Assembly: GCF_036588685.1 (NCBI RefSeq)
Contig: NC_086374.1
Coordinates: forward strand, 74,214,001-74,278,000
Length of the DNA stretch: 64,000 nt
Origin: Mytilus trossulus
Lineage: Eukaryota
Reading direction: 5' to 3'
The notes beneath the pieces were generated by a model that worked only from the letters and a program-made list of their open reading frames with translations, was not told where the DNA came from and ran no database searches. Shown in pieces: positions 39,901 to 51,900 of the stretch. A program made the translations under genes and the position numbers. Each line of letters opens with the position of its first letter. Position 1 is the stretch's first letter.

Positions 39901-42900
39901 GATGTACGCCAGATTGTATTTTAGATATTCACAAATATTATTATGATTATATTATTACAATTACAATGCATATTCAAAAATCATACAATTCCTATGTACA
40001 TACTATCCTAAATACACCAAAACCAAACTTCCTTTTAATGCATCCCTTCATAGACGGTCAGGGCCGGCCAGGAACAACTAGAGATTAAACGATATAATTG
40101 ACCAAAAAGCTCTAGAAACCTGTGTCAGTAGATGCCAAGTGCGCTGACCTACACCTTAAACATGTGTGTATTGGCAAATTGAATGCATTAAAAATATCAA
40201 CGTATATATCCATGTACATCACAAAATGAAAGTTGAGTGTTCACTCGTTGCACGACAGCTAGAAAGTGACCCTATGCTTTACTACCAGAAAGTATACCCA
40301 TTGGTCACTATGTGTGACCCTATTATATATTCATACGACCTGTACCCGTCAATACAATATTTCCCCCCTATACTTAAACGAAACGCGGGAAAAAACACAA
40401 TTATACCTCAATTTATTAAGAGTCTATCAAACTATATGTCAAACAAAAATTAAAATTGAGATGTGAAATGTAGAATGTGTCAAAGAAACCTGCATACATG
40501 TACAAAATGTATGTTAAATGGTGGACCTGAATTGAGGTATAATCCATGGTAATTCCTTACCTGATCAAGTTATAATTTGAAATAAATTTGGTTAGTTGCC
40601 GTAACTATCAGTAAACTCATGAATTTATGAAGAATTCTCAGCCACATGACAAATTCAACAAAGACCCCCTGTCACCATGGTCACAGTTTTGGCAAGGTTT
40701 GGCAATATTAGTTTCAATAACTTTTACAAAATCAAGATAAACACAGCAGTTTAATATGATTGATTGACTGATTCTATCCTTTAAATGGATGATTAGTGAT
40801 TCTATTACAATTGAACCACCCAAGATGATAACTAAATTTGAATACTGTAATTTAACAATATATATATAGTTTTGACATTTTTAAAGATTTGATTTGATTT
40901 CAGTTTCAGGCATCAACACCTCAGGCCTTTAACCAACAACAGCAGCTTGGAAATGTCAGATTTACTACCAATACCTCCACAGCTAGGATGCAAAACATGT
41001 TCAACCCACTACAGACATCGGTACAAGCTGGAATGCCACCCTGGGGAGCAGGGGTAGCAGTGCAGGCAGGTCAACAAAACTTTCAGCCTCAGATTATCCA
41101 GGCAGGGTTACAGAATCCTGCAATGGCCAATATGACCAACCCTCAACAGAATGCTGCTAACATGATGGGACTGCTAGCTAACCAACAGTTACTGGCACAG
41201 GCAGCTGGCTTAGTAGCTACTCCTGGTCTAGGAGTAGGAATGCAGGTATGCCATATGATTTGATCCTTTTTCTGTTATTGATGACTTCAGTGCACACACA
41301 GTGAATCACTATAGGATCACTCTTGCTAAAACTGCAGGATTGCTGATAAAGGGTTTGATCACACAAAAACTAGAGAAATCCTCTTTCTTACCAATATGGA
41401 AAACATATGTTAACTCCTGAATAAGCAAAAAAAATAAATCCTAAAAGACATCCATTTTAGACAACTTATCATCATTCACTATCTATGCAATTGCGTTACT
41501 TTGTGAAGATTGTTAAATTAACTGTATGGTTTGTGTACTGACATAAATTTTGTTTTGAATTAAGATTTAAATATTTGCAGGTGCCCTTTACTGGGCAGGG
41601 GATACTTGGTGCCGGACCAATGAGAGGACAGCTACCTCAAGTATTTCAAAATGTAGGGCAAACTGGCTTAGGTAATAGTGGACAATATTCACCGAAATCA
41701 AATATGAACCAACGTAATTCTAAATCTTCCAATCAAAATCGTGGTCGTCAATCAAATGATAGAAGTTCAGGGAATAAGGATCAAAGGTCATTTGATCGAT
41801 CAAGAAGTGATAACAGAGGAAGCCGTGATCAGAGTAAAGACAGAAAAAATAGGGAGGATAAAAAAGATCCACGAAGCGAAGACAGACGAGGTGATCAAAA
41901 ATCAAACAGAGGAGATGATCAAAGGAATTTTGACCAGAGAGACAGTAAAAATATTGACAGACGAAGAGATGGAAGTCGAGACAATAGGAAATATGACCTA
42001 CCAGATGATAGGAGGAGTAATTTCAGAGAGGATAGAAAAAATCGTAATGACAGGAACATTGATAGACTTGATGACAGACGAGATGTTAGAAAAGATGATA
42101 AAAATTTCCTCAGAAAAGATGAGAGCAAAAGGGATGATAAAAGGTAAATTATATATATACTTTCATGGGAAATCAATGAATATGAGCAAATGACACAGGC
42201 AGTCTAAACCAGATCACAGGAAGGAAGAATGATTTTATTGGTAGAACACATTCACACATGATTTTTAAATGTGTGTTTTACCAAGAAAATCAATCTTCGT
42301 GACATGGTGAATTAATTAGTGGATTAAATTTCACAAATCTGTTATTACAGGTAGTAGTCAATATAGCAAGTTGAATTTGTTTTATTTATGAAGGATTTAG
42401 TGCACATTGATCAGAAACATTGTCCCAAAGGGAAATAAACCTTAATTTGAAAAGAAAATCCAAAATATCAACCAGACATTGAATAATATAGAAAGAATTA
42501 CATTTTATTCTTTAAAAATATATTTTGACATTTTATTTACAGTGGAGATAAAAGAAAACCATTCAGAGACAGAAAAGACATAGATAGAAGAAGTGCAAAG
42601 GGAGATAATAGAAATAAAGGGGAATGTGATAGGTCAAAGGGAGATAACGATAGATCAAGAGATTTTGGTAGGAGAAGTAACCAAGGCAGTAGATCTCGTA
42701 GAGATGACGACCTATCAGACAATGCTTCCAGGTTTGATTTATAACACACAACAGAAAAAATCTTATTCACAATTCCTTTATTTTTCATTTTGAGTCCACA
42801 ATGATTTTGGAAGCAGAAACTTGCCTTGTCACAAAATTGCCATTTTTATAATACTAAACAGATGACATTCAGATTGTATGTGATTTTTTTTTCTTCTAAT

Positions 42901-45900
42901 TATCCAAAATCGTCTAAAAGCATTAAAAATTTGTTAATGACTTGTGCTTCTGAAATATATTTCAACTAGTGAAATCCTTTTCAAGAGAGTGGAATTCCTT
43001 GGTACTCTTTATATGTATACTTGTAAATAGAACAGACTTTAAATTTATGAATAACTTAATTAGATACATAAATATAGGTTAGAGATTGTAGGCCAATTTT
43101 GATTTAAAAATAAATAAATTTATCTATAAAAAAATGATATTATTATAATAGTAAAACTAGTATATTTAAGGATATAGGTAGTTTGAGTATAAGAAAACCA
43201 TTATCAATAGATGATTAAGGAGAAATAATTTGACTTTATTTTATAGTCCAGACAAGAAAAGAACCACGAGGACAAAAGACGGCACAAAAGCATCAACCTC
43301 TTCAAAGAAATCGAAGCCTGAAGACCAGGATAGTTATTCTGAGGTTGAGGATACAATAGAGGATGTGATAGAAGAAGAGATACCAGCTTGGTTGAGGTGT
43401 TCTCCATCAGATCTGTACTTTACCAGGGACAATAAAGTAGGTTCTAATCAGGCTTTTTGTTCTATCAACATGATCTAGATGAAAACCATTAGAGATTTTA
43501 TTATACCCTTTCACAGAGTGGTGGTATATTAGAATATACACAATATAACCGATAACAAACCTTGGTACATATGTATAAAAAAGATAGGTGTTAGCCCTTA
43601 ATGATTTTAATTGTTTTACACTCACAGAGTTGGTGTTATACATAAAGAACACACAATATCTAATTCTTGGTACAGACTTTGTAGGATTAGGTAGAACATT
43701 TTGGTATTATTCAGAGAAAAAGACAGAGGCAAACAAACAATCAATAAATCAGAGATAATACACATAATATGATACAGGGTTCTCTGTGGAAACTTAGTAT
43801 GGTGAGTCCCAAGTCAATATTTAAAAAATTGGGCTAGTTACCTTTAAATTGATCCTACAAGTAAAAAAGTGAAAATTCAGGACAAATTTCAGTGTTTTAG
43901 CAAGAACCTGGATGTAGACAGAATGCTGATACTACATCCAGTCCCCCACATTCCTGATGTGAAGTGTTTAGTCTCAGAAAGAGTATGCTATCCTTTTGAT
44001 AACAGAATGAAAGGATAATGGAAACTTGTTAATAGCTTTGATATTCTTTTTATTGGTTGAATGGACATAAAATATACAGTGAAACCTGACTAAACCAAAC
44101 CCTGCATAAATTGAAAACCTGTATAAACCAACATGTTCTTAAAAGCACTATCATATCAAATTGTATGCGCTGTGAACCTAATAAAACCCAACATCGGCCA
44201 AAACAAAACAAAATCTCGACTCAGGTGACCTCTAAAATAAAATGTGTGATAAGATCTGATCATTATTTGAAATGTATTGTTTTAACTTAGGTTTCAGAAT
44301 TGATGGTTATAAGCCATTATTGTTCATAAACTGTTGTTTGTTACTTATGAGTGATTTTTTGGTTACTGAGGGTCAGGCATCATGTTAGCCAAATTTAACT
44401 ACATTTTGTACTCAAATTCAAATGACTTATAATCATCTAATAAATTCCCCTTATTTGAGATTAGGTACAAATAATCATATAATTTGCCATAACTTTTTGC
44501 CTTATAAATAACAAAAGCAGAACAATGATCCATCAAATTAAAACAAGCAGGATTTTAAAAATACATTGATTTAGTTTACTGCCATTTCGAAAACCAGAAA
44601 AAAAAACCTACTTCTATGTTAATCCAGAGTCATATGAAATTTATTCTCATCTTAAACTTCAGGTTTATTGTTTTTGTCTGGAAATTGAAAGTTATACAGC
44701 TGATATAAATTTGTTTATGTAATGAATTCTGGAATGAATTTTAAGGTTTTAAAAATGTACCCTAACTTTCAAGTTCTTGGATTACTGAAATTGCTCGAAA
44801 AAGTTCTGGACTCTTATTACAGGTGGTGGGGAATTATATTCTGGTCAAACTGGCCAACTTTTCTATCAATAAACTGGCCACAATATAAAATTTACTAACC
44901 TTGAGCATGGTGTATATTAACAAAATTTACTGGCACAACTTATGGACAAGTTACTATCAGGTCTGAATAGCTTCTCATAAGAATATGTTCCAAGGCCCAA
45001 TAATTTATTTGGATCTCTGACAATCATTAACTTTCCTTGTTTTAAGTCCATGAAATGCATGATGGTGGCTTTGGTATGCTTTAAATAATGTGATTATAGA
45101 TTCCCATGTAATCACCAGTAGTATAAACTTTAATTAGGTAGATGTTTATCAGCTAGACAAGATTAGTATGTAAGTATCAGGCCTGTAAACAATCTCACTG
45201 AATTAATAGAGCATATTTCATGAAGCATTGCTGGTCTTACTTATTGTTTTAGATGATAAAAGACACAACTTTAATTTATGCCTGCCTTGGTGGACGAGAT
45301 TTACATGTTGGTCTGGATTGTGATGAATTTCATCTGGTACCAGGAGCAATTGTATCCCAGCTTACAGTAGAGGCTGCCCAGAGAGCAGTACAGATTCCAG
45401 GTCACAAGACTGTGTATTTCATAGCAGGTATACCTGATCTCCTGACAACACTTACATCACCTGGATATGAAGAAACCATCTTCGAAGACCAGAATCTCTT
45501 TGATACATTTTATGGGCAGATGCGACAGACAGAACTGGCCTTGAAACTTCATAATTGTCATGTAGTGTTTAGCACCATATCATCCATGAGTCTAAGAGAA
45601 TATAACAAGAACAACAAGAAGATGGGAAAGACTTACACGCTGAGATTTGAGAAAGATTATCCTGAAATGCAGGAGAATCTCCATCGATTACTGAAGCAGA
45701 TTAACAGTACCATTACTGCTATTAATACAAGACAGAAGTTATTAACTCCTTTTATACATTCTCATGTCAATAAGTGGTCTACAGAGAAAAACAAAACTGT
45801 ATACCGTCTTAACAAGCTTTTGGATGGACTGAATCCATGTGGCACTATAGTGGATGGGTGGCGGATCACAATTAACAAGACAATCTTAAAGAATAAAATC

Positions 45901-48900
45901 ATGATGTCCAAGCCAGATTTTAATTGGAAAACCTAGGTACTGTCCTCGAAACTCTTTGTTATTTTAATCAAGTACCTGTTAGTTTGAATGTTCGTAACTG
46001 CATTTGTTGTTATAGATGATGTTTTTGAGTTAGAAAGTATCAACAATGTGATAAAATGACAGCAAACATATCTTCAGCATATCAAACATGAAGAAGGATG
46101 TTGTTGGACTATAAATGAATGGTGGATGATAATGTGATAAATGGTGTGTGGAACTACATGAAGAGGCTGAACTTTCAGAAGCTTAGTGGGTTTATAGCTG
46201 ATTAGAAACAGTATATTTATAGATCATGAGGCACTATAAAATGTTTAAGGGATACCAGTATTCTTGCAGCAATAGTAACAATTAACCTAGCACAATGTAT
46301 ATAAGTGTATAAACCCAGTATATAGATTTCAAATGGTTTTCCATGATTTTTTTTTAAAGAAGATGAAGTAAAGCAGATACTAACTATAGAAGAGAGCTAT
46401 CATTTTGGTTAAGTGACTTGGAAATTTTAAAAGAGATTATGCAGGATGTGATCAGCTATAATGATTGAAAGATTTTCCCACCAAGGCATAAACACAGTAT
46501 TATATGAGAAGATTACATCACACGCATGTTTAAAGTCGTTCAAATCATTATCATTGTACATCTTTTTCATTAATTATTACTACTTCATCCTTATCTTGCT
46601 GTTTGTGCTAAAATGTCAAAAGTAACATAGGAGCACTTCACTTCTTGAGCTATACGAGAGGGCATATTAGAGAATAGAAACTTTTACAAACTGGCTGAAT
46701 GGTCTTTTCTTCATCTTGAGAATTGTACTTTATGATGCAATACAATAATATCTTAACAGTTAAAAAGAAGATTACCGAGAGTACAGGCAACTTCAAGTAG
46801 AACATGACATAGTTTAATTTATCAAGGCTGGCAAACTTAAAAGGATACTTACTTAAAAATTGAATTTGATTGGTTGAGCTGTATGATGTCTGTAATATCT
46901 GAATTGAAAATGGATAAAAAACTGGACAAGCAAAATCAATCATCAGAAGTCCAATGAAAGAGAGTCAAACTGACAAATCCAATAGAACATCACTTAAACA
47001 GTTGTTTCTAAATGGAGGAAAGAGATTTAACAGCTGAAAATACTTAAATACAAGATTACAGTCCTATTACATCTGAACTTTGAAAATTGACTTATATGAT
47101 AAATTCTAACATTTAAAATCAAAGACATAAAGACAAGTTTGGATGAAGAGTTGTCGCATTAGCACTCATACCACATCTTCTTATATCTATCTAACGACAT
47201 GAATATATACACCATGCCTTGAATTTAAAGATTTCTTAATAACAGAGAGAAGGAAAGTTTGATGCAACTGATCAATATTGTTACTGTTTGTCACAGTTTG
47301 CACATTGGAGAATCTTAAATATGGAATATCAATATAAAATGATTAACTCTTTCATAAATTGACAATATACCTGATTGCCAAATTACACAGCATTTCCAAA
47401 TATTACAGGATAAAGCCTAAATTAAAGAAAGTCATAAAATAAAGTTTAGTATATGAATCGTTATCTGCATTTATAATCTACACAGGTTTTGGTTGTACAT
47501 TTTCCTTCAAAGAATATATTAACCAGAGCAATGTAACATATGAACCAATTCATAATTTACTACAGAAAAGACTTAAACATATGTGGAATGAAAGAGGAAG
47601 TCAACTGGGAATGTTTTGTTTTACTCTTTGTTTGTTGTATCAAATGAGCTCCAACTTATCTGTAAATAAAGATGAGGAAAAAAATCTAGCTCGCAAAAAA
47701 TGACCACCCTTGTTGGAATATAGGGGAGACGGAAAGAAATATGAATGGATAAGAGTGATAGGAAGAATCAATAGATAATCACAGTTTATTAATCAGGTTG
47801 TGTAATGACCATATGATGTAGTATGATAGATAATGTTGAACTGAATATTGGATGAAGTTTGGTATTGAAAAAAATAGCCGAAATCATAATAGCAGATTTT
47901 TAGAAGGGCAGAAGAGCTGTATGCCTTACAAGTTGAAAGTTTAGATTTGATTGAAGTATAAAACAAAGCAACTGGAAACAAGGTAAAAAGTTTTTGGATG
48001 CAATTCATAAATGTACAAACTTAAAGAATTTATCTGTGAATAATACTGATAGAGATATTTTCAGTCATAAGAAGAAAACACAGCCGAATTTAGAAATGAA
48101 AAATATTTTAACATTTAGTGACAAGAATTTTTTGACAGAGGAAGAATCAAAGAAGATTGAATTCACCAACATTTGGAACTATCTTTTATTACAAGTGCGA
48201 TTATTTGAAAGAAAGAAAAAATGTCAACATCTAATTGAGGAGAAAATGACTACAATAAGAATGGTATCAAGATTTGACAAATTACGTGAAATATTTTCTA
48301 CAAAGACTTTGATGTATGTGGAATTAAAGACAAGTTTAAAAGTTTTACTGGTAGAATTTCTCGAAGACATACACAGAATTACCACTAGATACTAAGAATT
48401 TAGAAACAACTTAACATTCAGATGAACTTAAATTATATCTCTTCATTGAGTATTTTGAAGCGTATTTTACAGGCTATAGCTTATATACAATCAACTGCCA
48501 ACAAGATTTTTGTAGGAAGAATAGAATAAAGAAGTTGCTCACATAATGTAAGATAAAAAGAGAAAATGGATAGTTCTACAGCATCAACAGATTCATTTTT
48601 AAACTACAACTTTTATTGTGGACATGAAATATTTTCCCTCGTACTGAACAAGCAAATTTAAGGAACAATTTTATTCATTTCCGCCAATACTACAGCAGAA
48701 AAATATGACCAGGAGTGGAATCTATGCTTTAGTACTTACAATACTTCATCATGTTCATATCAAGACTTTTATATATTTACAAACTGTGTAAACTTTCTGT
48801 AAATAGTTCTTTTCTTTTTGTAAACTTTTATTCTCCTGTACATTTACCATTTAGTAACTTTTATACTTTTGAGCTCCTTTTTTTAATTTTATCCTTGTTG

Positions 48901-51900
48901 GGTTTTAAAATTATAATAGGTTCAGTTGTGTAAGATATATATTTTTGCTTATGATGTAAATTTTGAAGTTAGTTTTCACAAAAGATCTAAAATTGGCAGT
49001 TATACTGAAATGTGCATGACTTACAAACATTATTTCTAGTAAGATTTTTTTTATATCCATTGCTGGCTTTTTTCAACATAACTTTGACTGTATACGTATC
49101 TTGGCATTTATTTGATTTCTTGTTTTCATATTAATCATTTTTTGATGATGGAAGTAGTAGTGTTTTGAAACCCAAGCTTTAATGAAGAAAAGTGCTAATT
49201 GGTTGTTTTGGTCAGATGCAATAGTGTTTAACAATATATATATGATATCATTGTCACATCCCATTATAAATAAAACATATCTTTAGTCTTATTAATAGGT
49301 ACATTTTTTAATGCCATGTAAGGGTTATAAGAAATATCAAGAATTTGTGACTTATTGTTTTAATTCTCGAATAGTTGATCCAGTAATGTATGGCATGCAG
49401 TCTTTTAAGTAAAATATCTGTTCATTACACAAATTTCTAAGTTACTAGTTATATACATGGTGAGAACTTGAGGCAGGGTAAATATTTCCAGCACAAAATA
49501 TGGCAATGGAGCTGACAAAGAAATAGGAAAACACACTAATTGGAAGATGAAATGGTGTCACAAGGAAAGACATGGACACACAAATACCTACTTATAATCA
49601 AGTTTCACATGAGACTTAAATTGAAAGAATGGATACTGATTTACGGAGAAAGAATTTTCATGAAGGAAATTTTAAAATTATGTGAATAGGCCAATGGGAT
49701 AAATATTGCATGAAAAACTCAAAGACAAGTGGACAAGAAAGGCCAAAATGTTTGACAGTAATAATGTATTTCTAGCAATTTCAAAAGGGAAAATGGTTTT
49801 CCAAGGATTCTGTCATGGGAAGTTTTGTTTTTTTAAAGGATGGAATGATTTGTTTAATGGAAATGAGGTTCCAATAAAAACTCAAGGGAGATATGCTTTT
49901 ACAACATAAAAAATAGTCATCTCAGAAGGAAAAACATCAACATACATTTCCAATATTAAGAGCTGGAAAATTTAGAAACTCATGATTTTTAACCACTTTA
50001 ACTGGCTGGTAAGCTCTCACACTGTCAATATGAAAATGTACTCATGCATGCATAGCTAATTGATATCTTTGATAGTTTTACAGATGTTCTTAGTTTTCAT
50101 ATTTATTTTTGCAGTGTTTAAATTCAGCTTTTTGTTGTTTAACCTTAAAGACATGAATAAGAGGATATAATAGATTGAAGATACCATAATGTGGAGGTCA
50201 CTATACAAACAAAACAAAAGTTAGGGGTACAGACATTTAAAGAAAGAGAACTTAAAATAGCTGAGATGATACTAAGAGGGTCATTTAAAAAGTTTGAAGT
50301 CCAAGAACCATGGGCAATATAAAAATTTGAACACATAAACAACAGTTCTCAAAACACTACATAGAAAATTAAAGATTTAGCAGCAAATGCCCCTGAAATA
50401 CATCAGGTGGATGGGCAAACTCTGGTACTAAGTATTCATTTCTATAAAGTTGCATTGCATGGTCAAAGATTATTTTCTTTGACCTATGTTGAGCATCTGA
50501 GTATTTGGTGAGGAATTGGTGTTCAGTTTATACTGAGTTAATGTCAGTTATTTTCAGGTTCTCTGGTCATTGTTATGGTTAGTACCAATGAAAAGCAGGT
50601 GTATTTTATCAAAAGCTGATTCATTTTTCTTATGTACCTTATTATAATGAAACAACCAACATTATATTTCATGCACATCCATAAACGGTTAAACACAACT
50701 AAATGTTTAGATGGATTTCTTGTCAATAATATTTCCAACACCAACATTTACAGTTTTAAGAAATTCATTACTCTTTATTCACTGATAACATGAGTTATAA
50801 GTATGTCTTGATGCCTAAATTCACTCTTCACTGATAACATGAGTTATAAGTATGTCTTGATGCCTAAATTCACTCTTAGCACCTTTTGTAACCACTGTTG
50901 ATATTAGATTTACTAAGATATATGCATGTTAGTATAGATAGCTTGGGTCTAAGTCTCTGCCATTGTCTCTGTATAGTACACTTTCTCTTTAGTATCATGT
51001 ACAATGTAACTTCAAATCAAGATTTCCTGAAACAGATACAAAAACTTCATGTGAAAAATTAAGAGTAAAGTTATCACAGCATTTAGAGGATTTTTTGTAA
51101 AGATACAGTCAGAATGCAGAACAATATAAGTAGCTGTGAAATTTAGAGATGTTTTGGTAAATATACATCCTAAATGATCATCTTGATGAGAACTTCAACA
51201 CAGATCTTGTAAAGAAAAGATAGAAAAAACAAAGAAACAGAATAACGGAGAAGATTAAGGATTACTTTTTTCCTCATTCATGTAATGATTTTAGCATTAC
51301 ATTTTTGCTGACAGATCAACATTGTAGACATTTTTCTGTCCTAAGACAGAGTTGTAAAGTTAAAAGCAGCTTGGAATTTATTATTCTACTAATTGGTGTG
51401 TTAAAACAAAGGACTAACAACCATTGTTGGTAGGTATATCTTTGACATTGTTATTGCTGTTTTGTTGTACAGTTTTATATGTTGTACAATATCTTAAACT
51501 CACAAAATACTCCTTTCCTTCCTTTTCAATTCGTTTCTTTTTATTTTCATCCCCAATGTAACATATTTTGATAAATGGTTTATTGCCTAGGACAAGTATA
51601 GCATGTATAGGGGATATAGCTAAATGTATCTACTCCTTGGAAGCAAGCAATAGTGCAATTTATTTTACCCATGTAAAATTTAACATAGCTTTTCAGATAG
51701 AACAAATTTAAGTTTATAGATTAATAGAAAAAGAAATAAAGAAAAATTAATAATTTTGAACTTTATAAACTTTAAATAATTTAAAAAAAAAAATAAGCCA
51801 ATTTATAACTCAGGATCAAATTCTATAGAAAATACTTTCAGATGTATAATTTATTAAACGGTTGGATAATAATCCTGAATGAAAAATAGCAGTTTGTTCA

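Noticed and set aside
40627-40696. Alternative first coding exon MKNSQPHDKFNKDPLSPWSQFWQ
   Set aside because: Its G|GT donor is phase 1, incompatible with the phase-0 acceptors of exon 2, and the sequence has a diverged copy at ~32150, suggesting a repeat.
41720-42793. Overlapping alternative-frame and antisense ORFs (41741-42193, 41919-42176, 42537-42788 and others)
   Set aside because: Shadow ORFs of the purine-rich, low-complexity DROSHA exons 3-4.
45253-45936. Active GDSL lipase or recent bacterial gene transfer
   Set aside because: The catalytic Ser and His motif residues appear absent, and nothing in the sequence indicates bacterial origin; a phylogeny would be needed.
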